This document shows positions 32,755 to 46,400 of a stretch of 64,000 bases of DNA, one piece after another; within the stretch, counting starts at the first letter, position 1; every line of letters starts with the position of its first letter. The DNA is taken from the NCBI GenBank assembly GCA_965112735.1, contig OZ218963.1:2852001-2916000 (forward strand), given 5' to 3'. This stretch comes from Phaeosaccion multiseriatum (taxonomy: Eukaryota > Protista > Ochrophyta, other classes). The notes below the pieces were generated by a model. That model was given only the letters and a program-made list of their open reading frames with translations. It was not told the DNA's origin and searched no databases. The position numbers and the translations under genes were made by a program.

Positions 32755-35700
32755 CTATGGCGCGCCGCGCTTCACAATATTGCTCCTCCCCTTGGCGTGC
32801 GAGCCCCCGACTCCATTCACGGCTTCCGCGGACAGATACGGCAATGACACCGAGCCAGCGGCATCAAACAGCATGTCAGTGGGGAGGTGCATCGCCCCCT
32901 TGCTCAGGCAAGTCACCCCCTCGAGTCTGTGCAGCGGCTCTGGAGTGAGGAGGAAGATCAAGCCTCTGCGAACATCGATGCTTCGCACAATGCCCAGCCC
33001 TAGGCAGGGAGCGAGAGCGGTGTGGCGGGGGGGGGGCAGCACGGGAGGCAGATGGCAAACGGGAGCGCCGTCGCCGCCACCACCGCTGCTGAGCACTGGC
33101 GCTCCACCGGCCTGCCTCTCTCCGTTGCCGCCACCACTGCTGCCGTCCTCGTCGGCCCCATCGCCAGTCGATGCACTCCCTACACGAACAGCAGCAACAG
33201 CAGGGGTGGAGCTATCGAGCTTCTCGGCGACGAGCCCCACCAGGGCCCCATTGAACACGCGCGGCATGAGCTGAGCACCGACGGCCCCGTTAATGACGTG
33301 GAGTCTGACGAGGTCCCCCGGCACCACAAAGGGAAGCTTGCACTGCAGCAGCCGGGCCACCTCCCCCAGAGGGTCGCACAGCATACCGTTCCGCACAGAA
33401 CGGTCTCGATCTCCAACCACCACACTTCCTGCCGTAGCAGCAGCAGCAACAGCAGCAGAGGTAGCCGTCACTCCGCCGTGCCCTCCACCACAGCTTCGTG
33501 GCCCTTCCTCTTCCTCTCCTCCTCCTCCTCCTCCTCCTCCTCCTCCTCCTCCTCCTCCTCCCCCTTCCCCTCCAAAATAAGCTGCCATCCGCAGAGTCCG
33601 CTGGTCCGCAGCGCTCGCTCTGCAGCTAGTGGCGCCAGGCTCCTCCCCTAGCAACCACGTAGCTACGGTATGCACGCGGCTGCCCCGTGGATAACGCCCG
33701 AGCTCGAAGGTCTTACCCACACTCGTTCCGAGAACCTGCACAATGTGTCGAGGAGCGACGGCGTCAATGGCCGCCCCGAGCAGCTCCGACCCCATCCCCT
33801 TTACCCACCCCAAAGTGTTCACCACAAGGGGCATCTCTGAGAGATCGGAGAGTGCCGCGGCTCCTCCTTCTCCTCCTCCTCCTCCTCCTCCTCCTCCTCC
33901 TCCTCCTCCTCGTCCTCCCCCTCCTCCTCCTCCCACGGCTCGACCTTCGCCCACGGCTGTGCTCTCCTCCCCTCGCTCTCCTTCCTCTCCTCGTCCTCCT
34001 TGCCCTCCCACTTGTCTGTATCTTGCTGCCAACCCCCTCACGGCCTCGCTGTACAGCAATGGCTCGCCCACCGGCGAATGCTCGCCAAGCCAAAAGGAAA
34101 GCAGCGGCGTGCGGAGCTGCGTGTATGGGGGGCCAAGCAGCGGCGCCGTAATGACGTGGATCGACACGAGTCCAGGAGGGGTGAGCTCGGGTTGGCCAAC
34201 GTCTATGTCCATAAAGGCCACCCTGCCCCACTGTGCGAGCATATGGTTCACGAGGTGTCGACAGAGGGTGCTCTTCCCAACCCCTTTCGCTCCACAGACG
34301 ACCGCAGACGGGGCCCTCAAGCCTCCACTGCTGACCCCTGAGGACGAACACGACGAAAGAGCCAGCGCTGCATTGGAGTCAGTGCTAATGGCGTGGACAG
34401 CCTCCAGCCAGCTCTCGTGCAGGCTCATGGGGCGAAGACCCTTGTTGTTCAGCGTAAGGCTGCTGTCGACCACTTGCAAGCCATCCACGTGAAGTTCGTA
34501 CACATCCTCGGGAATGCAAACAAAGGAGTCCATGCTTGCGCCCTCCTGCCCTTCGCCACCATCATGCTGCCGCTGCTGTTGGTCGAGCTGGTGATGGTAC
34601 TTATCTACCGACGTGAGGTGCTGGTGGTAAAGCGCATTCCCATCGTCCTTGGCCGTCAAAAAGTTCGCCCCTGCCAGTGAAGATAGAATTACAATGGCAG
34701 CAATATCCAATCCGCTTCTCTTCGTAGAGGCCGCAATGTCCTCTACGGCTGCTGCTACTGCTGCTACTGCTCCTCCTTCTTCTCCTCCTCCTCCTGCTGC
34801 TGCTGCTGCTGCTGCTGCCCCTGCCTCCACCGCAACTGCTGCATGCTCAGTTTGGTGGGCCCCTGCCCCTGCCGATACACTTTGGCGGCCATTCTCGTCG
34901 CTACTGTACGCATCCGCATCAGCATACTCGTCATTGTCCGCAGACGCAAAGGTCGCTCCTCCTGCCTTCAAGATGGGAAGACTCAGCCACCTTGGTGCAT
35001 GAAACGCGACCGCTGCGTGTCGGGGCCGCAAGTCCCACCCCAGCATGGAGGCACAGCCCCACACACACCGCACAGTGCCAGACCCGACCAGAGCAAGGTG
35101 CTCTCCTTCTTCCAATGCGAGAATCATGGTTTCTCCAACGTCACTATGGGGCGCGGCAGCAGAAGAAATGTGGTCACTGCTGCGGGACGCCCTCCCCTCC
35201 TCCTCGTCGCCGCTATCCTGGCCGCCGTTCCGACTCTTGCTCCTCCTGCTGTCGAACGTGCTCCTCCTGCTGAGCAGCCTGACCTTCTCAGGCGCCAGTC
35301 TCAAGTTGGTCATATCATATGCTGGGGAGGAAGCCTGTTGTGCCGCCTCCGCGGCGACACGTCGAGGGGGTACAAGCTCACCTTTTTGTCTACCGCTACC
35401 GCCACTGTTGCTGCTGCTACTACTCTGGCCTCCCTCGCTTTGACGCAGCTCATGTGGAGCATCGACACTGGTCTGGGGCCATTCGGAATACAGAGCATTT
35501 CAGAGGTTGGTGTGATCAGTCGGTCAGTCAGTCAGTCAGTCAGTCAGTCAGTCTCGCCATGCTCAGCATTTTTGTACCCCACCTCACCTCTTCCACAATG
35601 TCGTCGTCATCTGTCGTGTCACTGTCGTTGGGCACGTCTACACTCGGCGCCCCCTCACTGCTGCTGTAACTATCGCCTATACCTGGCCCCTCTTCCTCGG

Positions 35701-36055
35701 TCTCGAGGCTCATTCTCGCCACAGACGCTGCCCATGGTATTCCCATTCCTTTCCCCTCGGATCCAAGCTTGCTCTTCGTCCTGCCCTTCTCCCCCCTTCC
35801 ACCCGCCCCTTCTCCCCCCCTCCGTCCTCCTTTACCTCCGCGTACCCGACCCCGTCTGCTCTCCACAGTCTCCCCACCACCGCTTGTCTTAGCTTTCTTG
35901 GAGCCTGCTGCCGCACCAGAGGAAGCCTTAGCCCTGGCCCTCTTCTTCCCACCTCCTCCCAAGATAGCGAACATGCCCCCTGGGCTCGATGAGTGCTTGC
36001 TGCCATCCTCGTCCTCCTCTGATCCAGCGTCATTCCGCCGCCGCCTCCCGCTCAT
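32755..36055 (-). CDS. NOL9: Polynucleotide 5'-hydroxyl kinase NOL9/Grc3
   Basis: VCGAKGVGKSTLCRHLVN, MDIDVGQPELTPPGLVS, PLVVNTLGWVKGMG, CLGLGIVRSIDV...LLTP; basic N-terminal exon from 36055. Confidence 0.9.
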
Positions 36056-36164
36056 TTTGTGATTTTCCCCCCTTGAGTGCCATCTATCGGGGGGCTTTGG
36101 TTCACCTGTTGGTTCTCCAATCCTGGCGTACACGCGAGCTTGTGTGTGCTCAGAGCGAAAGAGA

Positions 36165-39100
36165 ATGACACGCCAGGCGCAGGAGGTGTTGGAATATTGG
36201 TTCGTCGGGGACAGCCTCGCGAACTATGCAAAGAAGTGGTTTCCCTCTTCCGACATACGAGGAGAGGTTGACAAAGCAGTCACAGGTGCGATTGGAGAGC
36301 CTCTGCTCTCTCACACTCTCGTTGAAGCGTACATGCTCTCATCCCGTTCCGGTACATACGTCTTTCTACCTCCCCTACTATACAACCTACAGATAGATTC
36401 TCCTCTCTCCTGGCAGCAGCCGAGACTGGTGCTCTCAGCGAGAGTTGGGCAACCACTGCCCACCATACCCTTGCCCTAATTCTAGTGCTAGACCAATTCT
36501 CTCGGCACATCTACCGAGACCGAGAAGACAGGGATGCCCGCGTAGCCGTCTGTGACGGACTCGCTGTACAAATAGGTGAGGAGGCAGGAGGAGTGGGTGG
36601 ATTTAATTGATGAGACGGAGATGATGAAAGCGTTTGTCGTCTCCTCACATCCTCTGTCCGCTGTCGACAGCTGAGGCGGCGTTGGAGAAGGGCATGCATC
36701 ACTCACTGTCTCCACTCGAGCATGTCTTCATGCTCATGCCGCTCCGCCACTCCGCCACCTTGGAACGCCTGCAAGTCGTCATGGCACACATAAAAGGTAT
36801 GTATGGGGCACTCCTTGGGCTGTCGAGGGGTGGAGGAGGACTGCATTCCTATGTACTTTGCTTGACTCGCTTGCTTTATAAAGTCACTTGCCAAAGCAAG
36901 CGAGTGAAGGTCCCTTGTGTCTGTCTTCAGGACGCCTTCCTGCTGTGCGCCCCATCTGTCCCTATCTCCCCTCCGGTCACAATCCTTCTTCTCCTCACAC
37001 ACACACACACACACATGCCTGCCTGCCTCTCCTCCCCAGACAAGACCACTGAGCAGGAGGCCACCTCGACAATCCTGACAAAGTTTGAGCGAGCCACGCT
37101 TCGTAGCCTGCGCGAGGCTGAGGATCGACAAAAAGTGATTGACGGCGACGGCGAGGTGTGGGAGCACCACGGCTTTGCCGCTGACGAGAGCAACATGAGG
37201 CGCCATCCTCTGTTCATAGCGGTGCAGCGCTTTGTCTCTCAGAAACTGCAGCACCAAAGTAGTGGTGTGAACTGCGGTAGTGGTGGTAGCTCCCTCGGCG
37301 GCAGTGGGGGTATGAGCAACCCAGCCACCCCAGGCCGGCGAAGGAGAAAGAAGTTCCAGCCACCAGGCGATCTCAGGGATGGAGAGCCTTGCGGTGCACC
37401 CGCTAGTGAGCAGCACATGGAGCACGGACCAAGTGACGACTTGGGTGGGGGTGGTGTTCGAGAGGGGGAGAAGGGGAGCTGTTGTAACAACAGCGCTGCT
37501 GCTGCTGCTCAAGACTCTACTACCGTATGTGAAGCACCGTCTTCATCACAGGCTTCCGCAGAGCATGGGGGTGGGGCTGATGAAAGGAAGGACAAGGATT
37601 GCTGTAAGGGCCACTCGTCACCCAGCGACGCTCTTCGAAAGTCACTCATTGTGTCTCTCTCTGGGGGAGTCGACTCAATGGTGCTCTGCAAGATACTCAT
37701 CGCGCTGCGAAACAGTCAGGCCATTCCTGGCTTGGAGAAGATACTGGCAGTGCACATTGACTACGCGAATCGGGAGGAGAGTGGCCGGGAGGCGGACAGC
37801 GTGGAGGACTGGTGCGAGGGGCTGGGGGTGCGATTCTGCAAGAGAGTGGTAGGCGAAGTAAGTAGGGGCAAGACGAATAGAGAGGAGTACGAGAGAGTGT
37901 CGAGGTCGGCACGCTACGACATGTACACAGAAGTGATGCAGAGGGAGAGGGAGCAAGAGGGGCGGGACTGCCCGGCGGCGTTGCTCGGTCACCACCAGGG
38001 AGACTTGGAGGAGAACGTCATTAGTAACGCCATGCGTGGCAAGAGTCTGCTCTCCCTCTCGGGTATGACCTCGGAGGGTGTCGTCAATGGCGTGTGCGTA
38101 TGGCGGCCCATGCTCCCCTTGAACAAAGACGTGGTGTTGGACTTTGCCCATCGCTATGGAGTGCCTTACTTGAAGGACACCACCCCTTCCTGGTCCACTC
38201 GGGGTCGGCTGAGGAATGCGCTGCTGCCGCTGCTCAAGGAACTGTATGGAGACGGTGTGCACAGATGCCTGGCTGGAATGGCGCGGGAGGCGGACGAACT
38301 TAACGCCATGGTCAACGAACAGGTCAGGGGACGCGGAGTAGGAGGGCGGGGAAGAGGAGAGGAGGGGCGTAGTTGGTACAGAGTGAACATCCCCCTGCCC
38401 CCCTGCCCCCCTGCGTACAAAGCCTTTCGCGGGGTTGTGCTTTCCCCTCTCCTAAACCTTTCCCCCCCACGGCTTTCGTTTTCACCTTACCTACTTCCTG
38501 CTGTGCTGCTCTCATACACATCATTTCATTACAAACAAAAAGCTGTTCGCCCCGGTGCTGCGCAGTATTGTTCGACTGCCGCTGGGATGTCGTCTCGACA
38601 CCACGCCTTACCGGACGCAGGGAGAGTTCTTTTGGAGAAGCGTTCTTCGCCATCTGCTGCACTCGATGGGTCAAGCCATGGTCAGGGACTCCTCTTTGGA
38701 GTGTTTTTTGGATGTGTTGCATGGGAGGAGAGTCAAGCCCGACCGCTGGCTCGAGCTGAGGAAGGGGCACTGCGCACGCTTTGAAGGCGCTCAACTGTTC
38801 GTGCTAGACCAGCGGGTGAGTGAGATCATGAGGGAGGGAGGGAGGGAAGGAGGGAGGAAGGGAGGGAGAGAGGGAGGGGGTGAGTGAGGGAGTGAGTGGG
38901 TGGGTGAGTGAGTGAGTGAGTGAGTGAGTGAGTGAGGAAGTTGATCCTCACGCAGTCGATCCTGTCGATATGCCTTTGGTTTGGCTGCCTTCCCTTTACT
39001 CAGCTTGAGGCCGCCAAGCCTGACTTTGCCAAATACGATGGGCAACTCGTGCCCGTAGCGCCAGCACTCGCACAGCGGAGGGGGGGTGGAAGTAGGTATG

Positions 39101-39939
39101 TTGCTGAGCCTCCCGGCGGCGGGGGAACGATAGAGGAGCACCACGAGCAGCAGGAGGCTGTTGGAACAGCTGGACAACAAGAACGAGAGCAACAACAGCA
39201 ACAACGACAAGAGGACCAGGAGAAGGAGGAGGAGGAGGAGGAGGAGGAGGAGGAGGAGGAGGAGGAGGAGGAGGAGGAGGAGGAGGAGGACGACGACCAA
39301 GTAGCAGCAGTGGCTGTTGGGCCGTGGAGGATCTCCGCCCGCGAGACGGGGCAGCAGTACTCCAACGAGGAGTTTCACGAGCACGGCAGGGGCAAGGGTA
39401 GGCTGGCAGCGCTCTTGGTGCGCCCCTTTGAGAGCGTCGAAGAGTTCATGTGTGGACACTTCTCCTTCTGCGTCGCAATGCCTCTCGAGGCCATCGAAGC
39501 AGAGGCCGGGGCAGAGGCCGGGGCAGAGGGTGAGGCAGAGGGTGAGGCCGGGGCGAAGGGTGGGGCAGAGGAACAGGGCCCAAGCCGCGCTACTGACAAC
39601 GGCGAGCACGTTTGCAATGAGAAGGGAGTTGGTACCGACCCTGAGACCGATGCTCATGTTGACAGGAGGGGTGATGCTCATGTTGACAGGAGGGGTGGTG
39701 GTGGTGGTGGTGCTGCTGCTGGTGGTGGTGCTGCTGCTGCTGCTGTTGCCCGGGAGAATGTGTTGCAGGTGCAGCAGACACCCCGGGAGCCGCAGTTGTG
39801 CTGGAAGGGCGTGGACAGTCGGTTACGAGCTGCGATACCGATGGTTGAAGCCGTGGGCTGGGCCGACGGCTGCTCGGCTTCTTCCGCGGCCGGAGGGGTG
39901 AAGCTGGTCCGAGTAACGTACCAGTGGATGCCGGAGTAA
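36165..39939 (+). CDS. DUF924 - tRNA(Ile)-lysidine synthase (TilS-like PP-loop) fusion
   Basis: N-terminus EVLEYWF...KKWF...LALILVLDQFSRHIYR...FMLMPLRHS (DUF924); then VSLSGGVDSMVL, AVHIDYANREES, RSARY, LGHHQGDLEEN, WRPML, KDTTPSWSTRGRLRN. Confidence 0.85.
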
Positions 39940-40304
39940 GTAAGAATAAGTAGGACGTCAAGGCGTACGTAATCGAAACTCACTCCTCCTGTGTGTGCCT
40001 CGTTTCGATTCGTCTGGGCTAGGCGGAGCTGGGGTTGGCGCAAGGCTGTGTCTAAATGTGTGTGTGCACCGAGTCGGAAGCTTCGAAGCAAGTCTTGTAC
40101 TTCCCCTCCCCCCTCCCCCCCTCTCTCTCTCTCGTTGCCGCACACAACGTGCTGTTTGTGCTGAACTCTCTTCTCTTTGCGGTCCTCTTTGACTCTGCCA
40201 TCACCACACATGGCGCTTGCAGGCCTTGGGGGAGGGGGGGGAGGGAGGCGCGTAGACTGTTCACACCAAGAAACAAGTTAATAAAACAATGTCGAAACTT
40301 GTCA

Positions 40305-40415
40305 TCGGCCCCTGACATGCTTCTGAGGCGACCCTGCTTCCTGCTTCTGGCGGGCGCCAGCCGGCCTGCTTCCTGCTTCTGGGCTGGCCTGTCTCAGAAG
40401 CATGTCAGGGGCCGA
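40305..40415. mobile_element. TCG-family MITE, subfamily D, 111 bp
   Basis: Perfect 23-bp TIR tcggcccctgacatgcttctgag / ctcagaagcatgtcaggggccga; perfect 6-bp TSD TTGTCA in unique sequence. Confidence 0.92.
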
Positions 40416-40460
40416 TTGTCAGACCTAATAACTGAAACTGAAACTGAGTCAGAGCTCAGC

Positions 40461-43400
40461 TCAGCCTCCACTCCTCGCTTCTGCACGGGCGTTTGACGCC
40501 CTCACCAAGCCTGTTGCTGCCCCTTCCGCCTCGTCAAGGGGCGTGTTAAGGTCTTGGATGGCAATCTTCTCCACCGGTACGCGTAGTTTGAAAAAGCCGT
40601 CCTCGTCGTCCTCGCCCTCGTCCTCGTCCTCGGCCCCACCGCCTCTTGCAAGCGACGAGCTTCCCCCCCCCCCACGCCCGCCTGTTCCGTGCGAACCCGT
40701 TCCGCCGCTAGTATTGAAATCTAGCCTGTTCTTGTCCGATGAGTGCTTGCCCTTGCCTTTATTCGCCGCCTTGCCCTTGCCAGACACCGGGACTCCCGAC
40801 TGCCCCTTCTTGCGGTCTCCTGCCCCGCCCCCAGGCTTGACGATTCGCCGACACTCTGAGGCAATCTCTGCCTGAAGAGCAGACAGCTCTACCTGGGCCT
40901 GAGGCACCACCATTGCCCCCTTTCCACTGCCCTGACCCACGACCTCGTTGACCCAATTGGGCGTTGCTTCCAAGACCAGAGGCTCTGTAGCAGCGGCCAT
41001 AGGAGTCCATTCCTTCAAGTCGGATGTGGATGGTTCAGGCGCCATGTGGTCAGCGCCTCCGATGAGAGAGTTGTCGTCGGTGTTCAGGAGAGAGACGAGC
41101 ACCTTTTGTTTTGCGTCAGTAGTGCGGTAGAGGTGTGAGGTTTTCAGAAGCAGCGGTGGGGAGGGGGAGGGAGGGAGGGAGGGAGGGAGGGAGGGGAGGG
41201 AGGGAGGGAGGGAGAGAGGGAGAGAGGGGGGGAGGGAGGGGGGGAGGGATGGGGGGGGGGAGGGAGGGAGGGAGGGAGAGAGGGAGAGGGGGAGAGAGGG
41301 GGAGAGGGGGGGAGGGGAGGGAGGGAGGGGGGGTAGGGAGGGAGAGATAGAGGGAGAGAGGGGGGAAGGGGAGGGAGGGAGGGACGGAGGGACAGAGGGA
41401 CAGAGGAAACGAAGTGAGGGCGACACCCATCAACATCAGGTTTGAATTGAACTTCAAAGGGTCAAATGGAGAGGCAGGAGCAAGACTGCTGCCTCATGTG
41501 TACGGCAGTAAGCCTCGGGAGAGAGAAACTAAAACTCAACTTGAAAGTCCTTAGCTACATACCTTGACCAATTTCTCGTTGAGGGTCACCATCTCCGGCG
41601 GCATTTGATTGATCGCTGTGCTGCAAAGGATGTTGAGCTGCTCGTTGTCGGGGTTGCTGTCTACCAGCTCCATAATCACCGACAGCAAATTGTCTGTTTC
41701 AGGGAAGGGAGGGAGGGAGGGAATGGGTGGGTGAGCGAGTAAGTGTGTGAGTGAGTGAGTGAGTGAGTGAGTGCGTGAGTGAGTGAGTGAATGAGTGAGT
41801 GAGTGAGGTAGTGAGTGAGTGAGTGAGTAAGTGAGTGAGATTTCAGGAGCAGACAGGGAGAGCAGTAAGTCGAAGCGACCGGTCTGAGCAAACATGCACA
41901 CAGCAGGGTAGGGTGGGGCGGGGGTAGGTATCTGTCGATAGTCTGCGCGGCGGAGTCGAATAGTAGGGCTTGAGATAGACAAAGAGGAGGAAGACGAAAC
42001 AGACGGAGAAGAAACACAAAAGACGAGTGCAATTTGACGCGTGGGAAGGGAAGAGAAAGGCGAGGAGGCCATAGAGAGAGCCACTTACGATTGGCGACAA
42101 TCGAAAGGCTGGCCGAATGGGAGGTGATCTTCAGAAAGGTCTTTGCCACATTGATCTTTGTGTCGTCCTGCTCGCTTCGAGCAAGCTTCTCCAGCACCTG
42201 TTGGGATACAAGCGAGGACAAAAGGTTGGGATGTAAGTCAATGACAAGAAACGGAAGACGGGAGATGGGCGCGGCGATCCAGACACGTGCAAAGAGGCTG
42301 AATGGGGGTGGAGGGAGCGTGAGACCTGCGATGTTCGACTTCTCTCTCCTGACACCAGATACATGGCGCCCCTCCTTCGGTCCTTTCAGTCCGACCTACC
42401 TTGGCGATGTGCTCTCCGTCCACTGCCATCCGGCTCATGGCCTCGTCTTGGAGGAAGACATTGAGACACACCACACTGCAGCGGTAGAACACTGAAGAGC
42501 AAAGAGGAGGCAGGGGCCGTGGGGGCGGGAAGGGATGGGTAGGTAGGTAGGTAGGTAGGTAGGTAGATAGGTAAGAAGGAGGTAGGTAGGAAGGAAGGGA
42601 GGGGGGAAGGAAGGAGCCAGTGCTGGGTGGGGAGAGAAGAGAGAGAAGCGGAGAGGAAGAAAAGGTTGATTTATGAAACGGATATTTATAGTCGCTCTTC
42701 AACAACTTCACTCCCTTCCCTCTCACCGTGCTTGGTGAGGCCCAGCACATCCTCCAAAGTGAGCCAAAATAGGGCCTCCGCCACCTGCCCCTCGGCCAAG
42801 CTCTCCGCCAATTCAGGGGAGTTGGCAAGCCGACAGTACGCAGCTGCCACATCTAGCTTGATTTCTCCGAGCTCACACCTTGGAGAGAAGATGCCGGAGA
42901 GGGAGGGAGGGATGGGGAGGGAGAAGGAGGGAGAAAGAGGCAGAGGAGGGGGGGTAGGAGAGCGCGGGAGAGAGAGCCAGGGAGGGAGAGAGAGAAGAAG
43001 GGAGAGGCGAAGGCGCGTTCAATGATGAGGGAGAGGCACAGAGCTTCAGAGCTCTCACGGACAGAGCATTGTACGCGTGTTGTGCGTCTGAAGGCAGCGC
43101 TAACAGATGGGAGAGAAAGAAAGGAGCAGTCCATCCCCCCGTTGCTGTCCGGGGCCAAGAAAACTACTACATGGCACCCTCTCGTCTCCCGCCTCCTCCA
43201 CCACTAGAGAAGAAAGTGACGTATGCGTTTTCTGTAACGCTAAAACACTTACTTTGCGAGCTTTACAAGCGCCGTGAGGGCCCCCTCTTTGACCATTCGA
43301 TCTCGCCCCTTGCGAAAGGCAAGCATGTCACGAAGCGCCTTCGCAACAAGAAGCTTGTCCTCCTCCGACTGAATGGCCTTGAGCAGGGCGACAAGCGCGT

Positions 43401-46400
43401 GTGTCACGGAGGCATTGACGCAGGCCTCCCGTGCGCACTTGTGTCGGGTCACGAGGTTCACAACAGTGGACAGAGCATCCAGCCGGGTGAGCATTGTGGC
43501 GTGCGGTGCTCGCATGGTGTCGGCGAGGCAGATGAGTACTTCGCCTTTACAGATTGTCTCTAGCACTCCGGCGACGTTACAACACGAGAGGTTGCACAGG
43601 GCACCGATGCACATGTTCTTGATTCGGGCCGTCGCCAAGTCACTACTGTGAAGGCGGACGAGGAGGAGTGCTGCGCCGTGAAGACATAAACTCTTACGGC
43701 ACCTTAGAGGGCAAGAGAGCAGAGCACCCGGGGGGGGGATGAGTGAGATACGGGCATTGTGTGGGAGGGAGGCGAGCATACTTGAGCAGCAGCAGCAGCA
43801 GCAGCAGAAGAGGCAGCAGCAGGAGGAGGAGGAGGGAAAGGAGGATGGAGGAGGAGGAGGAGGAGGAGGAGGAGGAGGAGGAGGAGGAGGAGGAGGAGGA
43901 GGAGGAGGAGGAGGAGGAGGAGGAGGAGGGTGTACCCTTTCCTTATCTTTGCATGGTAGAAGGGCGCGGCTCAACTAAACAATGGTGCTCTTCCTAGTGT
44001 CCTTTCGGCAGCAAACTGGAAGGTGTCAGTCGTGCTACACCGTAACCGATATTCGCCGACTGGTCACGCCACCTCACCCATGAATGCAAGTCATCCCAAT
44101 CCCCCCCCACCCCGAGCTCTATTGTGGGGTCTTCCTATTTGTGGCTCACTTGGGCTCGCGGCTCATGTCGAAGAGAATGCGTGCGCAGTTCTCTCGGGCA
44201 TTGGGCGCAGTGTGAATGGCTCGAACGGCATCGACGATATGGTGCCTGAGGACAGCCTCCACGTTTTCCGACGTTGTTGCTGTGATGTTGGCCAGGGCTG
44301 CGGCACAGAGCTCCTTCACCTCTGTGCCGCCATTGGGGAACACCGCCTGAGAAGAGAGAGAGAGCGAGTAGGGGAGGGGAGGCAGCAGGACGAACGTGAG
44401 GAAGGCGAATAGAGAGGGGTGGGGGAGGGGGAGTTGTAGGGCGATGTTTCATTGAGGACGGCAGAGGAAAGGGGCGAGGGACGGAACACATGTAGTTAGG
44501 AACCGAAACGAATGGAATGGTGACATCCACCCACCACCCACACTTCCACCCATCCACCCACTCCACCCAACCGACCCACCCACGCACCCACCCGTTGACT
44601 TACTACTCACCTGTTCTGCCAAGAGCTTGGGCGCTTCCATCTCCATGAGGCACTTGCCATACACCTCCATGTCGCACGTCATGTTGAACACGGCCTTGAC
44701 GCAAGTGAGATTGAGCACGGAGTTCTGCAGCTTTGTCAGGCGGATCAGAGCAAAGACGCAGTCCTCCTTCACCACCATTTCACGCGTATCCTGAGGGTGT
44801 GTATGTGCGTATGTGTGTGTGAAAGAGGGGGGGGGGGCGAGATGGAGAGAGTAGGTGAGGGAGAGAGTAGGTAGAGGGAGAAGAAGAGAGGGGGGGGCAG
44901 GAGAGAGAGAAAAGAGAAGGAAGAGCAGAGAGAGCAGAGAGACGCACAGAGAGAGGGAGAGGGAGACGGAGAGAGGGGTTGCGAGGCTACGAAAACAACA
45001 CGCACGCACGCACGCCCGCACCTCTCTCGCCAGTAAATTGAACACAGCCTTGGCCAGCACTTCCTTGGTGTGCATTTCATTGACTCGAAGCACGGCAATG
45101 GCGATCAAGTCCTGCACACAGTGGTCAGCGATGAGGCGCATCACACACTCCTTGGCAAGGAACACGCTCAGCACGTTGCACAAGGCCACTGCGCAGTAGA
45201 ACTGCACCTCTGCGGCCTTCTCCACTCCGGAGCGCATAATGTTGATGAGGACGGGAATCACATTGAGCCCGCCCGAGAGGAAGGCGCGCCCTCTGTGGGA
45301 GGGAGGCGGGGAGGGGGAGAGGAGAGGGAAGGGAGCAGGGGCAGGGGATTAGGCGGTAGGCATGAGAGAGAGAGAGAGAGAGAGAAGGTTTGGCTCGGCG
45401 TGAGCAGTGACAGCAGGCATTGGTATTAGTATTGGCATGAGCAGGGGCACGAACGGGAAGGAGAGCACGGAGCTGAGGGGGAGGTGATGAAACGGATGAA
45501 ACGAACAGCAAGCTTACTCCCTCCCTCTTCCTCTCACTCCTTCTCTCTCCCTCTCGCGCCCCCTGCGTCCTCCCAGCTGGGGCAAGCGATTGCATTGTGA
45601 CCCCTCCCCTCCCCTCCCCTCCCCTCCCCTCCCCTCCCCTCCCCGACGAGCCCAACCCAATCAACCCTCCCTGCACAACGTAACAAACACCAAACACATC
45701 GCACGCTCCTTGGGAGGCGATCGAGACACTGACTGACTGACTGACTGACTGACTGACTGACTGACTGACTGACTGACTGACTGACTGACTGACTGACTGA
45801 CTGACTGACTGACTGACTGACTGACTGACTGACTGACTGACTGACTGACTGACTGACTGACTGACTGACTGACTGACTGACTGACTGACTGACTGACTGA
45901 CTGACTGACTGACTGACTGACTGACTGACTGACTGACTGACTGACTGACTGACTGACTGACTGACTGACTGACTGACTGACTGACTGACTGACTGACTGA
46001 CTACTGACTGATGACTGACTGACTGACTGACTGACTGACTGACTGACTGACTGACTGACTGACTGACTGACTGACTGACTGAGTGACTGACTGACTGACT
46101 GACCGACCAACTGACCGACTGACTGACTGACTGACCGACTGACCGACTGACCGACTGACTGACTGATTGACTGACTGACTGACTGGCTGACTGACTGACT
46201 GACTGACTGACTGACTGACTGACTGACTGACTGACTGACCGACTGACTGACTGACTGACTGACTGACTGACTGACCTACTGACTGACTGAGTGACTGACT
46301 GACTGACTGACTGACTGACTGACTGACTGACTGACTGACTGACTGACTGACTGACTGACTGACTGACTGACTGACTGACTGACTGACTGACTGACTGACT

